The notes: generated by a model not told the origin, from the letters alone. Positions 17,875 to 27,517 are shown, counted from the stretch's first letter. The stretch is DNA of 55,461 bases from a virus (IMGVR_UViG_3300031653_000002:1-55461); one strand, 5' to 3'. A program made the numbers and translations.

Positions 17875-18129
17875 ATGAGTAAAGAAATTCAACTTGTTAT
17901 TAAAAAAGAGGATATATCTAATATTCCAGACTCAAAACAAATTAAAAATATTATCATTACCAAGTTGGTGAACGGGTATATTTATGATCGCCCAAAAAAG
18001 GATAGATTTATCCGATGCACAAGTTTTAGATTGCCCGATCCTATAGTAGATAAATTAGAGGAAATAAGTAAAAGTAATAAAATAGGGATAAGCAAACTAA
18101 TCCGGCACATGATAGGATTTGATTATTAA
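17875..18129 (+). CDS. Ribbon-helix-helix (CopG/Arc-like) DNA-binding protein
   Basis: TSFRLPDPIVDKLEEISKSNKIGISKLIRHMI. Confidence 0.7.
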   Translation: MSKEIQLVIKKEDISNIPDSKQIKNIIITKLVNGYIYDRPKKDRFIRCTSFRLPDPIVDKLEEISKSNKIGISKLIRHMIGFDY

Positions 18130-18286
18130 CACAGTAGAAAAAAAGAGGGGATAAAATGAGTATTGAAACCGCGGATTGATTACACGGTAGAAAAAAGGAT
18201 GATAGTGTTTCGTGCTCATAATTTTCAAATAACAAAATAAACCTCCCACAATTACCCGTCATGCCGACGATCTGTCGCCCAACAGG

Positions 18287-18532
18287 TTATCGGACTCCAC
18301 ATGGCGGGTCATTCCTTATCCGTCCCGCATTATTATCGGACGTCCAGTCCTAATTACCACGTGTCCAATCGCTAAACCCAAGCCATTATCGGACTTACCA
18401 TTGGATTTACCCCAATTTCCAAAACCAATTCCCAGTTATTATCGGGTATTACCGCGTCCGATAACCGTTTCGTCCCATATTCAATCCCATTCGCGTCGCC
18501 TATCCACGTCCGATAACGTCTGAGTCCGATAA
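18287..18532. repeat. Right cluster of GTCCGATAA/TTATCGGAC repeats (6 exact, 1 degenerate)
   Basis: TTATCGGAC at 18287, 18333, 18386; TTATCGGGT at 18439; GTCCGATAA at 18456, 18508, 18524. Confidence 0.85.
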
Positions 18533-18671
18533 TCCCCGCTCTGGCGTACCCCATGTCGCCCCCCAGGGTTGTTTGTTTTCATTGGTCAAAGGAAACATCT
18601 GTGCTAATTCGACCTAAAATCTCAGACCCTATATCCCATCCAACCCATACAATCCCTACAACATGAATTCG

Positions 18672-18957
18672 GTGTCCTATGGTGCCATTTGGTGTCCTAT
18701 GAATGTCCCTTCCAAACGGACACCGTTTTCCCCATTTCCAGCCTAAAAACCCACAATATGAACCCCGTGTCCTATGTGTCCTATCACTTCTTTATTTCTA
18801 TTTCCTACAAAAAGTATATAGGGAAGGAAAAAGGGAAATCTCATAGGACACATAGGACACCGATTTTGAATACTACCCATTTTCCCGCTTATTAGCCCAA
18901 AAAAGCCCTTTTTACGCCCAACCCAAAAAAGGTCTCATAGGACACCACATAGGACAC
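18672..18957. promoter_or_regulatory. Putative replication origin with 8 iterons
   Basis: GTGTCCTAT at 18672, 18692, 18767, 18776; ATAGGACAC at 18843, 18852, 18937, 18949; AT-rich spacer between them; abuts the helicase stop. Confidence 0.75.
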
Positions 18958-18959
18958 CA

Positions 18960-20318
18960 CTATGGGAGATAATCTCTTGCCTCTGCCCCGGACTTAAATT
19001 TAAGCCCATTGTAAACATAATACCTACTATCCCTACCGCCCATTCTCCGCTTCGTCGCCTTCGGGAACTGTCTTGCTACTTCCTTCCCGAATGTCTTGCT
19101 TGACATCACCATATACCCGTTATCCCGCCCCCACTTTTTATAGGTATCATATACCGTCTTGGTCCTTACCCCAAAGTGGTACGATTCATCCCACTCATAG
19201 CTCTCCGCGAGAAACATAGCCGCAGGGTTCGATTCCTCCTTATACGCTTCCCACAGCTTCTGACTGGCATCGGCTATCACAAACCTGCGATTAGCTTTCA
19301 AATCCTTCAATCCCTCAATAGCCCAGTTCAATATCCCCGGCAACTCCTCAATAAGCTTATTATCCAAATAAGGATCAACAATACTCGTATCTACCCTATT
19401 AAAAGGCACAACTACCAATCTCCTCCACGTACCCATGCTCTTATCGGTAAAACTGGGGAAATCATTCGACAAAATCAACAGCTTCGCCGTAGCCTCCGCG
19501 GTGAATCCATGCCCCCACTTCCTCTCATAATCAACGCCATCCTTACCCGTCCAAGCCTTAATTATAGCCTCAACCTGCGGAGTCAATTCCTGCTCGGCAT
19601 CTCCGGCCACATTCAATTTCTTCCCATACGTCATATACAACGCAAATTTATCGACGAACCTCCGCAGGGGCACATCGCTACAATTCTCTTTTCCGAGCAT
19701 AGCCTTCATTACCCTGGCAAACGTACTCTTTCCCGTAGCGGCTTCTCCCTTGAGTAGCAGGAAAGACTCATACTCCTGCGTAGGAATCAACAGGTATCCC
19801 GCCCATTGCTGCAACGTCCGTCGCAACTGAGCATCCTCCATCGTAACCTCATCCACGAATTTCATCCACTTGGGACACTCTGCGGAGGGATCGTACCCAT
19901 AGGGCATTTTATTAAGGGCAAAGAAGTCCGGGGTATTCTTTTGTATTTTGGTCTCTCCATTATCTTCAAACGTCACAATCGATTTATTCGTTACAATCGA
20001 ATTCTGAGGCTCGTTGTTGTCCCTAAACCACGTATCCGGCAATCTCTCACTCACGACATTGGATAATGCCTTCAAATTAAGCATGACATTCTCTATCAGG
20101 CTGGTCGAGCACTCCACCGATAATCCCGCAATATATCTAACCAATAGGGCTTTAAGGTCATCTTTCCCCCTCTTTCGGAATATCCCATCATCCCAGAAGT
20201 AGAAATCCTCACGCCAATATATCATAGACCTCTTACGGTCGTCTCCCCAGTCTATATGTCCAATTTCCATATAGAAAGAGTATGCAATCTCCGCCGGACT
20301 TGGTTTCCTCTCAGCCAT
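18960..20318 (-). CDS. D5/P4-family SF3 helicase (D5_N + ATPase + winged helix), no N-terminal primase domain
   Basis: YDPSAECPKWMKF, LQQWAGY, GEAATGKST, LSNDFP, WRRL, LPGILNWAIEG; start placed at MAERK after an RBS. Confidence 0.9.
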   Translation of the reverse strand: MAERKPSPAEIAYSFYMEIGHIDWGDDRKRSMIYWREDFYFWDDGIFRKRGKDDLKALLVRYIAGLSVECSTSLIENVMLNLKALSNVVSERLPDTWFRDNNEPQNSIVTNKSIVTFEDNGETKIQKNTPDFFALNKMPYGYDPSAECPKWMKFVDEVTMEDAQLRRTLQQWAGYLLIPTQEYESFLLLKGEAATGKSTFARVMKAMLGKENCSDVPLRRFVDKFALYMTYGKKLNVAGDAEQELTPQVEAIIKAWTGKDGVDYERKWGHGFTAEATAKLLILSNDFPSFTDKSMGTWRRLVVVPFNRVDTSIVDPYLDNKLIEELPGILNWAIEGLKDLKANRRFVIADASQKLWEAYKEESNPAAMFLAESYEWDESYHFGVRTKTVYDTYKKWGRDNGYMVMSSKTFGKEVARQFPKATKRRMGGRDSRYYVYNGLKFKSGAEARDYLP

Positions 20319-20454
20319 TAGTTCTTTCCTCTTGTTCCGCAATCATTGTTTTAATAAAGCAGCGGGGGGCATAGAAAGATGAATTGGGAATGATTGCCAC
20401 CCCGCCGCACGGTTTTACGTTTTGGAATATTACAGTATTCATCTTTCTATATAC

Positions 20455-20537
20455 ATTATACCATAAAGGCCGTTCATTTCAACCATAAAATTTTATTTCA
20501 GAAAAGTCTTGACTTTTGCATACAATTATGCTACAAT
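20455..20537. promoter_or_regulatory. Divergent promoter pair (helicase leftward, packaging operon rightward)
   Basis: Minus strand TTGAAA-16-TATAAT (20482-20455); plus strand TTGACT-17-TACAAT (20509-20537). Confidence 0.7.
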
Positions 20538-20543
20538 AATAAT

Positions 20544-20867
20544 ATGAAAGATGGAACAAAATCAATCGAATTAATAGTCGTCGAGGTATGGCAACCCGAT
20601 GACAACCACGAATTAATATGTGCACGGGAGAAAAACGCTAAAGCTTGGCATCATTTTCACGTGAGAAAATCCCCGAAGGTCGAATTTGGGGATAAACTCC
20701 TATATACATCAATTGATAATAAGCTAAAATTATTTCGGAACAAGCTGCTGATGTTCAGTCTACGTGTGGTGGACATCCCCGATGACGTCTTAGATAATAT
20801 TTTAACCGATAATGCCTACGTAGATATGGACTTATCTCCATATAAAGGATGGGAAAATGGCTGGTAA
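20544..20867 (+). CDS. Hypothetical protein (possibly leaderless)
   Basis: ATG about 7 nt after the -10 box. Confidence 0.6.
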   Translation: MKDGTKSIELIVVEVWQPDDNHELICAREKNAKAWHHFHVRKSPKVEFGDKLLYTSIDNKLKLFRNKLLMFSLRVVDIPDDVLDNILTDNAYVDMDLSPYKGWENGW

Positions 20868-21000
20868 GGGTTCGAGAAGACGAGTAACGTTAGTAAGCCG
20901 AGGGGAATACGATCTGCGGTGGGCTTTGGCCTACGGTAAAATATCGTTTGATCGCTTCGAGGCTAAGATGAAAAAAATCAAACAGGAAAGGAGAAGATAA
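20857..21000 (+). CDS. Small basic protein (47 aa, not in ORF track)
   Basis: MAGKGSRRR...; coupled to both neighbours. Confidence 0.55.
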   Translation: MAGKGSRRRVTLVSRGEYDLRWALAYGKISFDRFEAKMKKIKQERRR

Positions 21001-21254
21001 TGAAAGAATTACCAAGTCATAAAGAATGTCAAGATGCTGTTGAAGCTGGTGAAGATACAGCCCTCCACAAATTCATCTACGACCAAGAACCAGCAGGTAG
21101 AGAAGACGAGGAAGAATTTAGAAAAGGACTGTTGGACGTTATAAACGAGGGGAGGAAAGCCACCTTAAAGTGGGTAAAAAGGGAAGCTATTAGTTTAGAT
21201 GAACGTGGGGATATAAGTAGGAAAATTATTGATAGAGAAATAGAAAAATTATGA
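21000..21254 (+). CDS. Hypothetical protein
   Basis: AAGGAG RBS. Confidence 0.65.
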   Translation: MKELPSHKECQDAVEAGEDTALHKFIYDQEPAGREDEEEFRKGLLDVINEGRKATLKWVKREAISLDERGDISRKIIDREIEKL

Positions 21255-21673
21255 AAATGCCTAAGACAATCGACCTCGGATTCGGAGACGTCGTAGAGGT
21301 CTCCTATCTTGAGGAAATATTCAAAATATCGAGACGCACCGCCCTGAAATATCTACAAGCTCTACGGATAGAACCGTTATACGTTGGCAGTGACGTTTAC
21401 TTCTCCCTCAATACTTTCAAAAGAATTATGTTCGTACTGTCCAAACCCAATTCGCCAGGGTTCGTATTTCCGGGGAGCAACAAGAAAAACAGTCCGAGAT
21501 ACCGCAAGGCTCCGACATCAATCGTTCGAGTGACAGACGAGATTCTTGCAGAAGCCGCTAAACCGGAAATACTATCTGAGATGGCTGGATCATCGGGTAG
21601 AAATGACGCCATCCTAAAACAATTTGTGACTAAGCCAGTTGGTAGACCCCCTAAGAAGGAGGAGAAAGAATGA
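21251..21673 (+). CDS. Putative HTH DNA-binding protein with C-terminal AT-hook-like GRPPKK
   Basis: LEEIFKISRRTALKYL; KPVGRPPKK. Confidence 0.55.
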   Translation: MKMPKTIDLGFGDVVEVSYLEEIFKISRRTALKYLQALRIEPLYVGSDVYFSLNTFKRIMFVLSKPNSPGFVFPGSNKKNSPRYRKAPTSIVRVTDEILAEAAKPEILSEMAGSSGRNDAILKQFVTKPVGRPPKKEEKE

Positions 21674-21746
21674 GCTATATAGTATATGGAATGATTTGCT
21701 TCGGGGTCGGAATTTATTTGGGATTCCAAATCGCAAGGGGGAAAGA

Positions 21747-21917
21747 ATGAAAAGAATGATTGGGATATATTGTATAGACCCCGCCCCGTGGGGAATTAAC
21801 TACAGACTAATTGAAATGTTTGATACAGAAGAAGATGCAGAAAAAGTATTAAAGGTCTTGGAATCTGTAAATGTTAATTTCAAACGATATGAAATAGTAA
21901 GTTGGTCGGAGACATAA
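21747..21917 (+). CDS. Small hypothetical protein
   Basis: RBS and operon packing. Confidence 0.5.
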   Translation: MKRMIGIYCIDPAPWGINYRLIEMFDTEEDAEKVLKVLESVNVNFKRYEIVSWSET

Positions 21918-22041
21918 AATGGCAAAACAGATAGAAGGATTACCCATAAATAAAAAAGTTTGTAATATCTTATGTGGATTTATACTTGCTATATTGATAC
22001 TGAGCTTGCTATGTTTCGTATTTTTAAGGTAAAAAAGATAG

Positions 22042-22758
22042 ATGAATGAGATAGAAAAGACTTCCCCAGAGGATGCCCTCAATATGATTCTATCGTTCAA
22101 CGACGCCAACTTGGTGTCGATGTTGTTCGAGAAGTTGGGATGGTCTATCAACGAGGAGATTAAGGAAACCCTTACTGTTGCTCGTCAAAACGTCAACTTA
22201 GGAGCTAAGATGACGGCACTCAAACACCTTCGAGTTCTGTTAAAGGAGGCTGCGGAGGCATCTGGTTACTTAGCGAAGGTGTCCCAAACTTTTCCGGGGA
22301 CTGGGGGAGAACAAACGACATTTAGTGCGAGGAGAATTTCCTCTGTACTTAATCCACAAAAAGTAAAAAAAATAGAATCCAATCAAGGAGACTCAAATGG
22401 CAAAAGAGAACAAGAACCAAAACAAGAAACCGGAACAGCCCAGCATCGAGGAAGCTCTGGGAAACCGGGCGGGAGCACCCCCCCACATGACGAATCCAGA
22501 CCTGCTGAAACAGGCGAGAGACGACGCGAGAGTGGACAAGGTTCAAACGAATCTGGAAGCCCCTCATACAAAGACAGCTTCGAGTTTAATCCCTCCGCAG
22601 ATACAACCGATAACGGACGACGCTCGGACGAAAATCAAGACGGAGACCGCGAAGGAACTGGAACCGACAATCCCTGCGTCAACAGAAAAAAACCCACAAG
22701 AGGTGATGGCCTCTACCCCGGAGTCTCCGGCAAAAGTAGTAATTCCGAAGACGAATAA
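22042..22758 (+). CDS. Hypothetical protein, possible terminase small subunit, with low-complexity overprinted tail
   Basis: Helical N-terminal half (AKMTALKHL) upstream of TerL; call is positional only. Confidence 0.5.
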   Translation: MNEIEKTSPEDALNMILSFNDANLVSMLFEKLGWSINEEIKETLTVARQNVNLGAKMTALKHLRVLLKEAAEASGYLAKVSQTFPGTGGEQTTFSARRISSVLNPQKVKKIESNQGDSNGKREQEPKQETGTAQHRGSSGKPGGSTPPHDESRPAETGERRRESGQGSNESGSPSYKDSFEFNPSADTTDNGRRSDENQDGDREGTGTDNPCVNRKKPTRGDGLYPGVSGKSSNSEDE

Positions 22759-23143
22759 TTTCACATCTGTAGTATGGACAGACGATAAAGAATCGTTGGG
22801 ATTAGTGCATGAAGACCCGGACGACATTAACCTGCGGAGGTTGAAAGACTATTTGAACGGAGAAGAATTTACTCCTTCATGGGTTATGATGCACTTGGCA
22901 CAGATAACATCTAATCCTAAGATTACTCCGAGGATTTCGTTATGGGACAAGCCTAACGAGATAGACGTTGTGGTTAAGGGGGTGTATAATGTGATGATGT
23001 CACCGGGATTTGTTGATAATACATGGCCTTATCTGAAAGTGGTTATGGGGTCATCGCGGGATAATGTCGTGTGGTGTGCCAATGTTTTGACCACCATAGC
23101 TTTGTTCGAGACAATTAAAATTTTACCCTTTATGGAAGGATAG
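22397..23143 (+). CDS. Hypothetical protein overlapping the previous ORF by 362 nt
   Basis: Strong AAGGAG RBS; 248-aa ORF. Confidence 0.65.
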   Translation: MAKENKNQNKKPEQPSIEEALGNRAGAPPHMTNPDLLKQARDDARVDKVQTNLEAPHTKTASSLIPPQIQPITDDARTKIKTETAKELEPTIPASTEKNPQEVMASTPESPAKVVIPKTNNFTSVVWTDDKESLGLVHEDPDDINLRRLKDYLNGEEFTPSWVMMHLAQITSNPKITPRISLWDKPNEIDVVVKGVYNVMMSPGFVDNTWPYLKVVMGSSRDNVVWCANVLTTIALFETIKILPFMEG

Positions 23144-23338
23144 AAAATGATTAGAGCACTAAGAGAAGCGGCGGATTTTTATGAGAGCATGTGGAATAAT
23201 TGTTCTAATATATTCAGCAAATTAGTTGGGTTCTTTATTGGTATTTTGCTCTTTCCTGTATTATTAGTCTGTATTTTGATAAGCCATTTATATTAAAAAG
23301 AAGAAATAGAAATGAACCATGGAGCTTGAAAAGGCGGA

Positions 23339-25192
23339 ATGAAATTATATAGGCCATACCCATTATATCCTCTGCCGGAGGATTATGAATCACTTACCTT
23401 GCAGGGGAAGAAACAGGCGAGACTCGCTGCTTTGCGGAGACAAGATACGCCGGAGGACTTCGTATTAGCTTGGGATTTCTTCCGAAAGATTTATCTGGGG
23501 GGTTCTAAGGAGCAACCGTTCTATAAAGATGGAATGGTTTCGAGTCCTGATTTTCATTACGATATGGTTCATGCTCTCGCTAAATATGGTATGAACGCGT
23601 GGGCGGCTCCACGAGGCTCTGCTAAGTCTACTGTTATGATGGAAGTAGTTTTGCTACTGGCATTGACGCGGAAATTCTTTGAAACCATGATGTTGTTTTC
23701 TACGGATAGGCAAAAGAATCCCAGATTCGATACGTTGATGTTTCAGTTGCAAAGGAATGAATTAATCATGGAAGATTTTGGGGATATGGCTCCGAAGCGT
23801 GGCAAGGGTATGTGGTGCCATGAGCATCTTCAATTGAATAACGGGGCTATTATTACTGGTCAAAGTGTAATGGGTAAGAAACGTGGTGGCAGACCTAATC
23901 TTTTGTTCTTGGATGACCCTGAAAACGACCCCGATTCAGATTCGGAGACATCCCGATTGGCGGTACTTGAGAAATTCGAGACCATTCTGTTTAAGCAGAT
24001 GATTCCCATGCTTAAAAAAGGGTCTTCCCTGTTTTGGATTGGGACTCTAATAGATAGGAAATCATTTCTGTATCGAGCTACGACTGGGGATGACCCCAGA
24101 TTTGATTACTGGAATCGTGTTGTGCTTCGGGCAATTGCTTACGACCAAGAGGATAAATCGAAAGTTTCTTTACTGTGGCCGGAGATGTGGCCTCAAGATT
24201 TTCTTGAATCGAGAAAAGAAGCAATTGGTCCATCTGCTTTCGCATCGGAGTATTGTAATGAGCCTATTTCTGCACAGGACAGGATTTTGTATGTTGACCC
24301 CAGAAAGAATGAATATACTCTCGAAGGCGATTTTAATTTTGATAATCCACTTGCCAATACGAATATGGTTAAATGGGAAGAAAGGATATTTGGGGACGGC
24401 AACGACCATAGGACGTATGAGGAAAAACAGAAAAAATTCAATGAACTCGTAAGGCCGATGTTTAAGATAGCCTTATTCGATTACGCCTCCGGACTTACTT
24501 CATACCATGACTATTCCTGTATAGCAATTCTTGGGTTCGATACATTGGGGACTATGTGGATACTCGATGTTTGGCTTGGTCGTGGAAAGAAGGATACCCT
24601 GCTTCGATTGTTGTATGAAAAGGGGATGGCTTGGAATGTTAGGATTTTGGGCATCGAGGCCGTGAGTATCCAAAAAGATTTTGCGGAAGCCGCACAAGAG
24701 TATATGAATGAACGCGGAGCTACCAGTGGCGACCAGTGGAGGCCAAGAGTATTTCCAGTTACTTATCCGCAGAAGGATTCAAAGGCTTTGAGGATAGCAT
24801 CTCTTGAATGGCGATTCAACTCCGGTAGAATTAAGTATCCCGCCCATTTGAAGGATAAATGGCCATTCGACCAGGCGTATGCACAGACAGCGGACTTTAC
24901 GATGGATTTAGCCCTATTGCAACATGATGACGTAATCGATACCTTCGCCATGAGTAAATATGTGGTTAAGACCAAAGGCAAAAAATTCAGGAAAGAGGTT
25001 GGGAAGAACAGCCTACTGGAAAAAATAAAACGAGGCGACCGTGAGGAGCACGGGTTATCTATCTTATCCGGCGTACCGTTGAACCAGATTACGGAGGAGA
25101 TGACCAATATCATATCACAGCAAGCGAGGAAAAAAGGTGTGCGTCCAAGGAATAGGCATGTAAAAAGAAAAAAACCAAAAATAATTCATTGA
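23339..25192 (+). CDS. terL: Terminase large subunit
   Basis: APRGSAKST Walker A, LFLDDPE Walker B, IGT coupling motif, LWPE, nuclease acidic residues (FDYA, DYS, HDDVID). Confidence 0.92.
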   Translation: MKLYRPYPLYPLPEDYESLTLQGKKQARLAALRRQDTPEDFVLAWDFFRKIYLGGSKEQPFYKDGMVSSPDFHYDMVHALAKYGMNAWAAPRGSAKSTVMMEVVLLLALTRKFFETMMLFSTDRQKNPRFDTLMFQLQRNELIMEDFGDMAPKRGKGMWCHEHLQLNNGAIITGQSVMGKKRGGRPNLLFLDDPENDPDSDSETSRLAVLEKFETILFKQMIPMLKKGSSLFWIGTLIDRKSFLYRATTGDDPRFDYWNRVVLRAIAYDQEDKSKVSLLWPEMWPQDFLESRKEAIGPSAFASEYCNEPISAQDRILYVDPRKNEYTLEGDFNFDNPLANTNMVKWEERIFGDGNDHRTYEEKQKKFNELVRPMFKIALFDYASGLTSYHDYSCIAILGFDTLGTMWILDVWLGRGKKDTLLRLLYEKGMAWNVRILGIEAVSIQKDFAEAAQEYMNERGATSGDQWRPRVFPVTYPQKDSKALRIASLEWRFNSGRIKYPAHLKDKWPFDQAYAQTADFTMDLALLQHDDVIDTFAMSKYVVKTKGKKFRKEVGKNSLLEKIKRGDREEHGLSILSGVPLNQITEEMTNIISQQARKKGVRPRNRHVKRKKPKIIH

Positions 25193-25216
25193 CATTTTCC
25201 GGTTTTATGGTATAAT
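25189..25216 (+). promoter_or_regulatory. sigma70-type promoter of the head operon
   Basis: TTGACA-16-TATAAT with TG. Confidence 0.75.
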
Positions 25217-25239
25217 AATAATAGACGAAAGGATAATAT

Positions 25240-25524
25240 ATGCTGAAATACGTATTTCTTGCAGTGTTGCTACTTGTAACTATTATGGGACTTATAGTAT
25301 TTTGCTTGATTTCCGCCCTTAACAACTCCACCCGCCAAATATCAAGAATCAATGAACAATTGCTTATCGTCTTGGGCACACGGGATGGGAACGACGCCAC
25401 GGGTAGGGCTTTGGTGGCCTCCGCAAAACAGCCAAAAAAAGATGTTCCGGGGATTGCCAATAAGAAACCTGCGGGGGAAGAAAAACCAAAAGAGGGATTA
25501 AGAATAACGGTAGGAAGTAGATAA
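25240..25524 (+). CDS. Small membrane-anchored protein
   Basis: N-terminal TM helix; GAAAGGA RBS. Confidence 0.65.
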   Translation: MLKYVFLAVLLLVTIMGLIVFCLISALNNSTRQISRINEQLLIVLGTRDGNDATGRALVASAKQPKKDVPGIANKKPAGEEKPKEGLRITVGSR

Positions 25525-25525
25525 T

Positions 25526-27517
25526 ATGGGATACCAGTATCTATTGCCGAAAAATAAAGAGCAATCAGAGGATATTATTGCCAAATTGATCCTCGAGGGT
25601 AGGGCAAAAAGAAATCCACAATCGATTAGATGGTGGGTGGCAAATTTTTACCTCCAGGGGATTAGGGAATTTTCAAGCCTCGATTACACATCCGGTACAG
25701 TTTCTATCTCATATCTGAATGAATCCGGATTGGTTAATTTACGATATGAGGAAATCGTGGCCAAGTATCAATCACAACTGGGACGATTGATGTCCTTAGA
25801 TTTATCCCCCTTCGTGGATAAGAAGGGCGTGAGTCTGGATGGGATGCGTAAATCAAGTATAGCTCAAGTCGTGCTCGATGCCGCTATTCCACAGGATAAG
25901 GTGAAAAAGTTGGAACTGGATTTAATGCCCCCGCTCCTTATGTACGGGACTGTGGGAGTAGGAATCTGGATGGAAGATAAGGATAGCCAGGGAATAGAGG
26001 TTATTATGCCTTGGGAACTGTTGCCTATTCCGATTGATATTTCTGGCCCCACAGATGTTAGGGGTCTTATACGAATACGATTTGTGCCTGTTGAGTGGAT
26101 TAAGAACTTAAATATAACCCCCAAAGGAAATAAGGCCTATAGCGGCATGGACGATATTAAGGTCCCCGCGGGAAATATGCCGATAGATATTGATTCTAAC
26201 GGTAGTGGCCTCACAACGGCTACTGCTACGGGAGGTGGATTTTATATTAAATCTAACTCTGGCAATTGGAAAGGCAGTGGTGGGAAGAAAGTAAAAGACG
26301 AGCACGATGTCCCGGTTACACAGTTGATAGAGATTTGGACAGAGACCAGTGATGGCTATTTGGCTGAATACAGGATTTATGCCGGGATGACTAAGCTAAA
26401 GGAGCTTGCAAGATTCGACCATACAGCGTCCAAATATCACATGCCTATACGTACAATCAGGGACGTCACTATAGGTAGTTTCTGGGGCAGAAGTTATGTT
26501 GACCAACTTATCCCTTTGAATAATAAGATTGAAGAAGCATTATCGAGTATATTTGAATCGGTAGCTGATTTTGATTTATATGGATTACAGCTTTGGCCAG
26601 CTACCCTGGGAACTCCTCCCGAAGCACTTCGAGGACAGGATGGGATAAAGAGAATCGTATATGAACCGGACTATACCAGTCCGGACTTGAAGCCTGAAAA
26701 TATAATGCCAGCTAAAATGACGAATCCCCAACTACAGGCTCTCAACGTGGCGTCGGAGATGATGGATAAGATTGCTAATCAGCCGAGTTCCCTTATGAGC
26801 GGAGAGGCTCCGGGACGTTCTGATTCTGCCAAGGGATTTGGATTCTTATACGAAACATCCAGTATTCCACTTTCGCCCACGGCTAAAAGTATTGCATGTG
26901 GATTATCCGGAGTTTATAGGGCTTTGTTGCGTATTTTGAAGGATTCTTGGGATGATAAGAAGGTAGTCAATATCACGAGCCTTGATGATTCTCTTGCGGG
27001 GATTGTTCTCGATTCCGAGTCTTGGACACTTAGCCTGTCACAAAATGCAATTCCTTTCCCAGATGAGGTATCGGTTACGATTGCCTCCGAAGTTCCTATC
27101 TCTAAGGAACAGGAAAAAATGGAGATAAAGGAAGCCCTTGCAGAAAATAGGATTACGTTAGATGAGTTTAATTGGACTGTGAGGAAAAAAGGACTCAATC
27201 TACCTGTTGGGGACGAAGTAAGTTGGCAAAATTATCGTAGGGCGATGCTTGAAAATATTCAACTATTCGCGGATGGTCAAACTCCGGGGGACAATGTTAA
27301 GGTAGCCCCCAACGATTTACACCGAGTACATCTGATTGTATTGCAAGCGTTTGTTGCCCGACCTGAATTTTTTGCAGCCTCCGCAAATGTTAGGAATAAA
27401 TTTTATACCCATATAGACGAACATAAAGCTGCAATGGGACAAATGCCAGACCAGCTTCCATACATAGAAGATATTGCTGCAGCCTCGTTGGGGCAGCCTG
27501 TTCAACCAGAATTCTAA
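25526..27517 (+). CDS. Portal protein
   Basis: 663 aa between TerL and scaffold; FWGRSYVDQLIPLN and SSLMSGEAPG motifs typical of P22-like portals. Confidence 0.8.
   Translation: MGYQYLLPKNKEQSEDIIAKLILEGRAKRNPQSIRWWVANFYLQGIREFSSLDYTSGTVSISYLNESGLVNLRYEEIVAKYQSQLGRLMSLDLSPFVDKKGVSLDGMRKSSIAQVVLDAAIPQDKVKKLELDLMPPLLMYGTVGVGIWMEDKDSQGIEVIMPWELLPIPIDISGPTDVRGLIRIRFVPVEWIKNLNITPKGNKAYSGMDDIKVPAGNMPIDIDSNGSGLTTATATGGGFYIKSNSGNWKGSGGKKVKDEHDVPVTQLIEIWTETSDGYLAEYRIYAGMTKLKELARFDHTASKYHMPIRTIRDVTIGSFWGRSYVDQLIPLNNKIEEALSSIFESVADFDLYGLQLWPATLGTPPEALRGQDGIKRIVYEPDYTSPDLKPENIMPAKMTNPQLQALNVASEMMDKIANQPSSLMSGEAPGRSDSAKGFGFLYETSSIPLSPTAKSIACGLSGVYRALLRILKDSWDDKKVVNITSLDDSLAGIVLDSESWTLSLSQNAIPFPDEVSVTIASEVPISKEQEKMEIKEALAENRITLDEFNWTVRKKGLNLPVGDEVSWQNYRRAMLENIQLFADGQTPGDNVKVAPNDLHRVHLIVLQAFVARPEFFAASANVRNKFYTHIDEHKAAMGQMPDQLPYIEDIAAASLGQPVQPEF

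Noticed and set aside
12484-18957. Repeat clusters as a CRISPR array
   Set aside because: Units are only 9 bp, mixed in orientation and irregularly spaced. There is no cas operon, and the Cas4-like nuclease sits in a standard recombination module.
19176-20202. Plus-strand ORFs opposite the helicase, and the many minus-strand ORFs opposite other genes
   Set aside because: Shadow ORFs with no RBS or recognisable motifs.
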